A DNA stretch of 8,206 bases from the NCBI GenBank assembly GCA_000004985.1, contig GG739080.1; one strand, given 5' to 3'. The stretch's first letter is position 1. Each line of letters begins with the position of its first letter. Both the position numbers and the translations under genes were made by a program. This DNA is from Naegleria gruberi. Taxonomy: Eukaryota. The notes below the pieces were generated by a model that saw nothing but the letters and a program-made list of their open reading frames with translations, did not search any database and was not told the DNA's origin. Shown in pieces: positions 1-7,597 of the stretch.

Positions 1-189
1 AAAACTGAAAAATAGATTGAGGGATGGTGTATTTACTGATACGATGATTCAAGTAATTTCCTCATCCATCAATCAATGATATCTTTGTAATAATAGTACT
101 ATATAGTTTATGATCCCACCACTCAAATATAGAGTGTCTTTAACTTCCTTCAATAATTAGATCACTTTGTTATGCAGTAGTGCTTTCCA

Positions 190-1104
190 ATGCCGATTGT
201 TAAAATATCAGACAATTTCTCTAAATCATTCAAATTTAAAAAAATGGGTCAACGAAACAGTCAAGATTTTGAAAATCATCATACGAATAATTCGGAGGAA
301 ATATTCACAATTCACCATAATAATATGGTGAAAGCAAAACAGAAGAAAAAATTTGTGAAACTCCAACGACAAGAAATATTTTCAGATGATATTTGTTTTG
401 AAATAATTTCAATGATTGATGATTCGTGGTTTATTTTAAATAATTGCGCTTTAATTTCAAAACAATTCTTTAATGTGATCAAGGAACGTTCAAAACTTGT
501 TATTCAATTTAAAAACAAATTTACAAAGAAAAGAATTAAATTATTCAAGAAAAGTCAATTTAGGAATAGTATTGTTAATGTTGAATTTTCTGGATATTTG
601 CTTGGCTCGAGAGAAAGAGTCAAATTCATTAGTGAAATGAAACAATTGACATCACTTGATATTTCTCACAATCTAATTGGTTATGAAGGAGCCAAATATA
701 TAAGTGAAATGAAACAACTAACATCACTTAATATATATTACAATCAAATTAGTGATAAAGGAGCCAAATATATAAGTGAAATGAAACAATTAATATTACT
801 TAATATTGGTAGCAATCGAATTGGTGATGAAGGAGCCAAATACATCAGTGAAATGAAACAATTAACATCACTTAATGTTTCTAACAATGAAATTCGTGAT
901 GAAGGAGCTAAATTCATCAGTGAAATGAAACAATTGACATCACTTAATGTTTATAAGAATCGAATTAGTGTAGAGGGAGCCAAATATATAAGTGAAATGA
1001 AACAATTAATATTACTTAATATTGGTAGCAATCGAATTAGTGATGAAGGAGCCAAATACATCAGTGAAATGAAACAATTAACATCGCTTCACACAACAAA
1101 TTAG
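190..1104 (+). CDS. F-box-like plus leucine-rich repeat (LRR, 24-aa unit) protein. The 3' end is truncated or altered by transposon insertion at about 1090, and the last codons HTTN-stop are read from the transposon terminus.
   Basis: Long ORF. The N-terminal segment IFSDDICFEIISMIDDSWFILNNCALISKQFFNVI fits the F-box pattern of hydrophobic residues. It is followed by 7 near-identical units of the form LTSLNIxxNxIxDEGAKYISEMKQ. LRR homology stops abruptly at 1090, where the transposon TIR begins. A possible alternative start is MGQRNSQ at 244. Confidence 0.7.
   Translation: MPIVKISDNFSKSFKFKKMGQRNSQDFENHHTNNSEEIFTIHHNNMVKAKQKKKFVKLQRQEIFSDDICFEIISMIDDSWFILNNCALISKQFFNVIKERSKLVIQFKNKFTKKRIKLFKKSQFRNSIVNVEFSGYLLGSRERVKFISEMKQLTSLDISHNLIGYEGAKYISEMKQLTSLNIYYNQISDKGAKYISEMKQLILLNIGSNRIGDEGAKYISEMKQLTSLNVSNNEIRDEGAKFISEMKQLTSLNVYKNRISVEGAKYISEMKQLILLNIGSNRISDEGAKYISEMKQLTSLHTTN
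631..1089 (+). repeat. Tandem array of 72-bp repeats, about 6.4 units, encoding the LRR units. Copies are near-identical at the nucleotide level.
   Basis: The motif agtgaaatgaaacaa recurs at 631, 703, 775, 847, 919, 991 and 1063, an exact 72-nt period. Units differ by only a few substitutions. Confidence 0.9.
1088..1090. repeat. Putative 3-bp target site duplication (TTC), left copy.
   Basis: TTC lies immediately outside the left TIR (1091). An identical TTC lies immediately outside the right TIR (7594-7596). TIR similarity ends exactly at these points. Confidence 0.4.
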
Positions 1105-1107
1105 CGG
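1091..1107 (+). repeat. Left terminal inverted repeat (ACACAACAAATTAGCGG).
   Basis: Matches the reverse complement of 7577-7593 at 16 of 17 positions. The terminus begins with a (A)CACAAC motif, loosely similar to CACTA-type ends. Confidence 0.75.
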
Positions 1108-1334
1108 TACGAATTGTGTTTGCGACCCCAGTATCGCATACTTGGGTCCCAATTTGGTATTTTAAAAAATACGCTTGCCACCAAGAGTAAGAACCACAAG
1201 TTATTCGCAGCCAACAAGCCGTTCCAAACACCATCACATCATCACAGAAATAATAATTATTTTCATCAACAAACAATCATTTATTAACTACAAATATTAA
1301 TAATTTTATATATTCTAGTATTATTAATAATCAA

Positions 1335-2354
1335 ATGATATCATTCCCTCCCAGACAGGTTGATCTTTTTGATAGTAATGTAATTGATGTTGATAAAACC
1401 ATATTTAATGAACAATTAATTAGAAGAATTAAAAACATCATCAAAATGGATATCGGAATAGATTGGAGAGGAACACATTTTAGACACAAAAATCACCTAG
1501 TTAAAGAGGAAGTATGTGATAGAACAAATTGGATTGTGTTATGTCCTAATGGACAGGTAGACATTGCTTTTTTTCCAAATGCTATTCCTGAAGAATTATG
1601 CTTGGAAATGGAGACTGTAGTTGCGAATAGTGATGTTGATATTTTAAGTTGTAAAAAGGCAATTATAGATGGATCATGGACAAGATATGGAAATGGAATT
1701 TATCCAGTTAAAACAATTACTACTAACCAAAGTATTCTATTACATGAATTGAATGATAAGTGTGGACCATTTGTTTTGGATAAGTTAAAACATATTAATA
1801 AGAATATGTTTAATAAGTTGGATAATATTAATGAGGATATTAAAAATTATAAAATTTTTGCTAAATACCCAACTTTAGCATTAAATGTATCTCATAATGA
1901 AAATTACAATATAAGTAAGAAACCATATCGCAAACACACTGATGGTAATGATATTGGATTAGGAGTATTAACATATTTCGGAAGTGAAATAATTGAAGGT
2001 GGCAATCTTATTATTCATATTGAGAACTTGAAAGTATTCAACTTTCCAATTCAAAGAAGGGATTTGGTATTTTTAAATTCTAAATTTTATGCTCACCAAG
2101 TTACTAAAGTGACCTCTGGAATAAGGTTTGGTTTAGTATATTTTGCTGGAGAAGCTCATTTCAGAGTTAGAAATAATGATGATTTTTTACCTGCTTTACC
2201 ATTTAATGCTAATGACAAAGAACTACGAGAAGAAAGATCCAAAAAAGGTAGAAAAAGTATGAATGAATACAAAAAAAGATTTTTAAAAAAGTACTTACGA
2301 GAAAAGAAAAAAATTAACAAAAAGAGAGTTAAATGTAAAAATAAATTGAAATAA
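1335..2354 (+). CDS. 2-oxoglutarate/Fe(II)-dependent dioxygenase, TET/JBP-like (putative nucleic-acid base oxygenase), with a lysine-rich C-terminal tail. Cargo gene of the transposon.
   Basis: 339-aa ORF. H201-T-D203 (RKHTDGND), then H254 (FYAHQV) 53 residues later, then R264 (GIRFGLVYF) 10 residues after that. This is the canonical HxD...H...R spacing of the double-stranded beta-helix 2OGFeDO fold. The last about 45 residues are highly basic (KKGRKSMNEYKKRFLKKYLREKKKINKKRVKCKNKLK), which suggests nucleic-acid binding or an NLS. The family assignment to TET/JBP rests on the motif pattern plus the transposon context. Confidence 0.6.
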   Translation: MISFPPRQVDLFDSNVIDVDKTIFNEQLIRRIKNIIKMDIGIDWRGTHFRHKNHLVKEEVCDRTNWIVLCPNGQVDIAFFPNAIPEELCLEMETVVANSDVDILSCKKAIIDGSWTRYGNGIYPVKTITTNQSILLHELNDKCGPFVLDKLKHINKNMFNKLDNINEDIKNYKIFAKYPTLALNVSHNENYNISKKPYRKHTDGNDIGLGVLTYFGSEIIEGGNLIIHIENLKVFNFPIQRRDLVFLNSKFYAHQVTKVTSGIRFGLVYFAGEAHFRVRNNDDFLPALPFNANDKELREERSKKGRKSMNEYKKRFLKKYLREKKKINKKRVKCKNKLK

Positions 2355-3468
2355 ATGTATAATAATTACAACATTGTTGTTGTTTCATACAGTGGTCAGC
2401 ACTGTTATTGGTAACAACACCATCTCCACCAAAGATGATGTTGTTGATGTTTCATACTTACAGATTGATTTCTCTTGTCAAACATTTGATATTATTCGCT
2501 TTCAAGAATCATAATTTCCTTAAAAAATAATATTCAATAATTGATTCGAGTCATTTGAATTCTCACACACTTTCTCCCTCTTCACCAAACTTGATTTCAA
2601 CAACAGTAACATCAGTGACATAATCATAGTTCCATAAACTGGAATACCATTTGTGCAATAGCAGCACGATTGTTAATTGCGTCTAAAAGAATGGTTGTAC
2701 AAATGTCAAATGTTAAATGGCTTAATTAACTAAAATACTTACCCTCTCTTTGGATGATTGAACTGGGTCGTCTCTAATCAGTGGTTTCTTGTTTTGGATA
2801 AGCATCGATAAGAGTTGGAGTATTATCATCAACTTGAGGATTATACAATAATTTCAAATTTAAATTACCTTTCACTTGTTGACCTTCGAATGGCTAGAGA
2901 AATATAAAAACCAAAAATGTCGTTTTACCTGATTCACTTGATGCTGTTGAAGTGCTGTTATTATCTTGTGGAACGATAGTTGTTGGTGTAATTGTGACTT
3001 GCTCTGTTTTAACAACAAGAGTTGTGACAGAAGTTGCTGGGGTCTTTGATAATATTATCTTTAGGATCAGTGGTTGAGTTCCAAAAACAAATACTGTTGT
3101 TGGTGTTGAGTGTAATGTCACTGAATGATGCTTCATGAAGCCATTTTAGGTGGTTCGGATGTTGTTGATATTTTGGCCACAACTTGATGGTGTTTCATGC
3201 TGTTGAGTAGAAGATTTTGATGTTGTAGCAGGTGTATATTTGATCAACAAAAGGAATCAATAATGGAGGGTTCGAAAATATTCTGATTGGCTGTACAATC
3301 AGAGTGTAAACGACTCAACAAAGGCTAAAACAACCACCAAGAACTTTAGAAGTATCTAACACCCATGTGATGGTGAGATACTCCACCTAGTTTTCTTGGC
3401 AAAAATTTTTAACCGCATTTTTTTTCTTTCAAATTTTTATTTCTTTTTACAACAGTTATGTAATACAT

Positions 3469-6400
3469 TCAATCATCAAAGTAGAAGTCTGCACACCCAA
3501 GTAAATCCTGCCAATCATATTGTTCGTCAACATAAGCATTTTGATTATATTGTTTAAAGAAGGAGGTGTCTAATAAAACATCATCTTCATCAGATTGTTC
3601 GTTCCGATTTATAATCGTATCGGAATAAGGAGGATGTGAATTAATGCTGTTTTGATAGGCTACCATTAGATTCAAAGTTTCAGTCATTAATAATTGGTTC
3701 TCAGGATAGTTTCTTTCAATGGAATTATTTGAATCAAATGAATTATTTTGGGTCATGAATGTGGGAGATGGAGCACTGGTAGTAAATGTAAAAGCAAGTT
3801 GTCGAGCCTCTTCATTCGTTAATGATTGATAACTTGATGGACTGTGGGAACCTATATTACAAACGGCAATAGGTGATTCGTATGAACCAGAATCAAATTG
3901 TAAAGGTGGTCTACTAATTTCAATGTTTCTTTCCCAGAAAGATTTAATGACACTACCAACCCTTAGTTCTAATCTTTTGAAGACCACATCTTCAGCAGTG
4001 AATGAAAGATATAAAATTCTAAATTTCTTAAACATAATTTGAGCTATTTGGTACAAATCATTCCAAGATGTTTCATTCGTTTTTTGAATTAGATTACTAT
4101 ATGTAAAATCAAGAAGCGTATCATTTCTAACATGGTCAATCAATGTGGAACTATCTTCAATCACATATTCATGAGGTTTGGATGTCTTTTTGGTCCCTAT
4201 ATTCATCTTTCCTCTACTCACACATCTTTCCATCAACCACCGATCATACTTATGACTGTGTTCAACAGCTTGATTGGAGAAGGGAACCAAGCTTCCAATT
4301 GTTGTCAATAATTCGAATAAATGGTTAACAACAATGTGAATGTAATCACCAACGGTTCCAGCTGATCTTCTTATTTCAGCAATTAAACCTCCCCATTCAC
4401 TAATTAAATTCTTCAGTTGGAAGAATTCATCACTTGATTTTGAATCAAGTTGTTCATTTGTGTAATATATCCATCTTCTAATTGTTCTCCATCCTTCCCA
4501 AATTTTCCAAATCTTTGGATGATCCTTTTTCACAAAGTCCAAAATTGAATCAATATGCCCAAATATTTTAGAACAATGACTCCCTGTGAACATAAATGAA
4601 TATTCTGAAATATTGAGTGCCTGCTCTTCTCTTTCCTTAACTGAGAAGGAAAATGAACCAAATCCATGAATCTTTTTAAGATTTCCCAATATTTGTGATT
4701 CGGATTTTGTGGATATTAGTGTCATCTTCATAATATATTCAGTGATTCTCTCATCCAAGTGAAGGATGCAAAAATAAATATTCTTAATTCCAAACTTATG
4801 ACCAATATCTCGATGTGAACAAACATCGCCATGTTCTAATGACATCACTGAATTTTCCCTTTCACAATCACAAAAAGCACAAAATTGACAATCATCTCTT
4901 AATATTGAAACGTAAGACAGTGATTTTAAGTCACTGACCCAATAGAATTCACAAGGAATTGTTACAGAATTTTTGATACCACTTTCGTTCAACTTTGGGA
5001 AACCAAGACTTGCATCATTTTTCTCATATTCAATACATAATCCTTGATTTGCAATTTCTTGCAATTCCTTCTCAAAGTCTTTCATATGATCCATAACCTC
5101 CGATTCCTCGCCAACAAACATGCAAATAGGAATTACAGATTTAGGATCCTGAGTTGCAAATGTTAACAAATTCAAAACTTGTAAAGTAACAACCACAGTT
5201 CTCAAGTTTCCAAATTCTCTACCGTCCATTGAAATCTTCCATTTCAAGTCTTCAGGTAAACAAACACCTTCCTTAATTGATTCAGTATGATGTACAACAT
5301 CATTCACAGGGAGGTTATGTTCTTTTCGAACACTAACTTGATGAAGGTGAGCTTTCGATATTGCCGTCATTAATGGAAGTAGGTTTGCTTTGAAACCATT
5401 TTTAACCTGATTTACATTAAAGTATTCCTGTACAATCTTGTTATACTTTTTGGTCTCTTCAGTTAAAGAAGCCTTCATATTGCCCTCTGATAACAAAACA
5501 ATTTCTTTGAAAGAGTAATCTGACAACCCCACCTCGTCTTTTGTTTTCAATTGCTTTTCTAAAGATGGGGTTTTTTTAGACAGATTCATTCGTTGTAACT
5601 CATTATAAGTCTTCTCATCAGCCACTGGATGTCTCTTACATGCCAAAAGAGCATTTAGTATACTCATTGCATGTGTCACATTTTTCCTAAAATAGGAAAG
5701 AAATATATGTGACAATTCAATGTTACATAAATTGGCTATTCCAGCAAATATTTCCATAAAATCCTCACATTTAGTTTTGGATTGTTCGAAACTATTATCT
5801 AAATCCGATCTCTTAACGCTATTATGAATTACTAAAGGTGTACGTTCACTATCATCTGAAACTAAGTTAATTTTTGCTAAATTAACTTTAGTATATTTCT
5901 TTTCATCAATTTTTCTAAAGCCCCCCAATTTTTCATTGATTACCTTAATAACTTGTTGTCTTCTTTCTTTTTTCCTTATTGTTTGATCATTTGGTTTGAA
6001 TTGTTTCGTTTTTTTTCGTTTCTTTTTTACCTCCTTTTCTTGAAGAATATTTCTTTCTGGTATCTTCAAATTCAGTGCCTTCTTCAAGTTTTCCTTATCA
6101 ATAACACTCACAGAGGTACTCTTTGATGTCGTTGTTCTTTTTCTCTTTTGCTTATTAGATGAATCATTATTTTGAGATTCGGTTGGTTGAATATTTTGGT
6201 CATTTAAATCAAGAGAATGTTGATCAGTTGTTTGGGATTCAGATGGTGGAATTTGGGTTGTTTGTTCAGATTGTTCATTTGTTTGAGACATAACTGGTCC
6301 ACAAGAAGAAATATGTTGAATATTATTTGAACTCATGTTTATTTCTACAAGTCTAAACAAAAGTTTCAAAATATTATCCTTGCGTTCAGGTTGTCTAAAC

Positions 6401-6612
6401 AACATCTCTACAGCCCATTGGAAATCAACATACAAACATTTCCGAGAGCATTCAATAAATCTTAAAGATCTTTCCAATTTATAGTTTGGGAATAACTTTG
6501 TGAAATTTCCTTTACAAATTTCGTTGAATTTAAAGAATTCCACATTATCTCTACAGATACAAGAAATTTCCTTCCCAATAATCTCTGCCAAGATCGATTT
6601 ATGGGAACTCAT
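3469..6612 (-). CDS. DDE-type (RNase H-fold) transposase-like protein with a Cys/His-rich insert, CACTA/Plavaka/KDZ-like. It has N-terminal CxC-containing and low-complexity regions, NLS-like basic tracts and an acidic C-terminus.
   Basis: 1047-aa uninterrupted ORF inside the TIR-bounded element. Candidate catalytic residues are D in WKISMDGREF, D in YWVSDLKSL and E in ILHLDERITEY. A metal-chelating cluster CQFCAFCDC...H..C.H...H lies between the second D and the E. Basic tracts KQKRKRTTTSK and KKKRKKTKQFK are present, with a Gln/Ser-rich region upstream and an acidic tail (SDEDDVLLD...FYFDD). Confidence 0.6.
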   Translation of the reverse strand: MSSHKSILAEIIGKEISCICRDNVEFFKFNEICKGNFTKLFPNYKLERSLRFIECSRKCLYVDFQWAVEMLFRQPERKDNILKLLFRLVEINMSSNNIQHISSCGPVMSQTNEQSEQTTQIPPSESQTTDQHSLDLNDQNIQPTESQNNDSSNKQKRKRTTTSKSTSVSVIDKENLKKALNLKIPERNILQEKEVKKKRKKTKQFKPNDQTIRKKERRQQVIKVINEKLGGFRKIDEKKYTKVNLAKINLVSDDSERTPLVIHNSVKRSDLDNSFEQSKTKCEDFMEIFAGIANLCNIELSHIFLSYFRKNVTHAMSILNALLACKRHPVADEKTYNELQRMNLSKKTPSLEKQLKTKDEVGLSDYSFKEIVLLSEGNMKASLTEETKKYNKIVQEYFNVNQVKNGFKANLLPLMTAISKAHLHQVSVRKEHNLPVNDVVHHTESIKEGVCLPEDLKWKISMDGREFGNLRTVVVTLQVLNLLTFATQDPKSVIPICMFVGEESEVMDHMKDFEKELQEIANQGLCIEYEKNDASLGFPKLNESGIKNSVTIPCEFYWVSDLKSLSYVSILRDDCQFCAFCDCERENSVMSLEHGDVCSHRDIGHKFGIKNIYFCILHLDERITEYIMKMTLISTKSESQILGNLKKIHGFGSFSFSVKEREEQALNISEYSFMFTGSHCSKIFGHIDSILDFVKKDHPKIWKIWEGWRTIRRWIYYTNEQLDSKSSDEFFQLKNLISEWGGLIAEIRRSAGTVGDYIHIVVNHLFELLTTIGSLVPFSNQAVEHSHKYDRWLMERCVSRGKMNIGTKKTSKPHEYVIEDSSTLIDHVRNDTLLDFTYSNLIQKTNETSWNDLYQIAQIMFKKFRILYLSFTAEDVVFKRLELRVGSVIKSFWERNIEISRPPLQFDSGSYESPIAVCNIGSHSPSSYQSLTNEEARQLAFTFTTSAPSPTFMTQNNSFDSNNSIERNYPENQLLMTETLNLMVAYQNSINSHPPYSDTIINRNEQSDEDDVLLDTSFFKQYNQNAYVDEQYDWQDLLGCADFYFDD

Positions 6613-6745
6613 GTATTGAGTTTTTTTTTTAAATTTTGAAACGTAACGGTAATTAATTTAATATAAAATAATCAGTGAGTTATTGACATGAAATATTATT
6701 AAAGAGATTATATAAAATTTAAAAAGAAATAATTTATTGATATTA

Positions 6746-7384
6746 TTAAATCAATTCCCAACAATTATTTAGATAATTAAAATGTTCTTTGACAATCTCG
6801 TACTTTGCAAAAACTAGGTTGGTAACTGGATTACAAAAGAATTCCAAATAAACAAATCTAACTCTGTAAACATCACATCTAGGTTCATACTGATACATAT
6901 TTCGGGTGTTATTGTATACTCTTTGGTTAGTGTACACATTCCAAGTAACTCCATGATATGCTTTCTTATTACCCAAACTAGGAAGATTATCGAATCCTAT
7001 GAAACTAAAAGAAGGACAATTCACAGTTATTATTTGGCCATTGAAATGCATAAATTGTTTTCTAGGATCGTTCACAACATGATTTTCTACTCTACTGAAG
7101 TAGGAAACAAAGTATTCAACTGTCAACCCACCAATGAATATCTTATCTTGGTATCTCTTGTGAATGGAAGGATTAAGACAAAAACCAAGTAGAATAGAAG
7201 CATTCTCACAAAACATTTCCAAACAACAAGCTTGTTTCATACGATACACTGGAGTCTTCATTACTGGCTCCTCTAATGGAACAAACTCTGCTGTAAACTT
7301 GGTGTTCTTGTTCTTTGATGCTTCATAAATAAACCACTTGGCTTCTGTTTTGGCATTAATTACTTTACGGTCTGTATTTTGCAA
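6746..7384 (-). CDS. Hypothetical protein (212 aa), third gene inside the transposon, upstream of and co-oriented with the transposase.
   Basis: Clean ORF of 639 nt between the right subterminal region and the transposase gene. Several Cys/His residues are present but no motif I can assign. An overlapping antisense ORF (6923-7192) is shorter and considered spurious. Confidence 0.4.
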   Translation of the reverse strand: MQNTDRKVINAKTEAKWFIYEASKNKNTKFTAEFVPLEEPVMKTPVYRMKQACCLEMFCENASILLGFCLNPSIHKRYQDKIFIGGLTVEYFVSYFSRVENHVVNDPRKQFMHFNGQIITVNCPSFSFIGFDNLPSLGNKKAYHGVTWNVYTNQRVYNNTRNMYQYEPRCDVYRVRFVYLEFFCNPVTNLVFAKYEIVKEHFNYLNNCWELI

Positions 7385-7576
7385 GTTAGAGGATAAATAA
7401 ATAATAGTAACTTACTAGGTTTGTTATTATTGTTGTTTGTTGAACGTTTAGTCATTGTGTATTTGTTTTTGATTGTTGTGTATTATCCTACCAAGTCTAC
7501 CTGCGTGGGATGAGTTAGCTTCATAGTGTATTTTCATTTTTTTTTGCGTCTAAAACACAAAACGTGCCACTAGCCT

Positions 7577-7593
7577 CCGTTAATTTGTTGTGT
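7577..7593 (-). repeat. Right terminal inverted repeat (reverse complement ACACAACAAATTAACGG).
   Basis: 16/17 match to the left TIR. It is immediately followed by TTC and then by resumption of LRR-unit homology (gtttctcacaatcgaattagtgatgaagg). Confidence 0.75.
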
Positions 7594-7596
7594 TTC
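7594..7596. repeat. Putative 3-bp target site duplication (TTC), right copy.
   Basis: Identical to 1088-1090, directly abutting the right TIR. Confidence 0.4.
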
Positions 7597-7597
7597 T

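Larger units (their letters stand above)
1091..7593. mobile_element. Class II (cut-and-paste) DNA transposon of about 6.5 kb with 17-bp imperfect TIRs. It carries a TET/JBP-like dioxygenase gene, a DDE transposase gene and a third ORF. It is inserted into an LRR-coding repeat array.
   Basis: Left end 1091-1107 is ACACAACAAATTAGCGG. The reverse complement of 7577-7593 is ACACAACAAATTAACGG, a 16/17 match. The LRR coding homology of the flanks stops and resumes exactly at these ends. Subterminal regions (1108-1250 and 7440-7576) are GC-richer than the interior. The transposase ORF is internal. Confidence 0.7.

Noticed and set aside
100-106. TATA-like tatatag about 85 bp upstream of the LRR ATG.
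   Set aside because: In a genome this AT-rich, TATA-like strings occur by chance every few hundred bp, so it is not supportable as a promoter call without transcript data.
631-1089. Regularly spaced 72-bp repeats could superficially resemble a CRISPR-like array.
   Set aside because: The repeats are contiguous with no unique spacers. They lie in-frame within a protein-coding ORF encoding LRR units, and the sequence context is eukaryotic.
1061-1276. 71-aa minus-strand ORF spanning the LRR/transposon junction.
   Set aside because: It is antisense to the LRR coding repeat and runs across the TIR and subterminal sequence. It has no motif, no sensible context, and a chimeric host/element origin.
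2340-2355. AATAAA hexamers overlapping the dioxygenase stop codon.
   Set aside because: AT-rich context makes these uninformative, and fungal polyadenylation signals are degenerate.
2894-3136. 80-aa Thr/Ser-rich minus-strand ORF.
   Set aside because: Its low-complexity composition can arise from the tgttg-rich DNA. It is kept only as part of the possible-exon observation, not as a stand-alone gene.
4143-4328. 61-aa plus-strand ORF inside the transposase gene.
   Set aside because: Short antisense ORF embedded in a much longer well-supported ORF on the opposite strand, so it is most likely a chance frame.
6923-7192. 89-aa plus-strand ORF antisense to the 212-aa ORF.
   Set aside because: It is shorter than and fully contained in the opposite-strand ORF, and shows no recognisable features.
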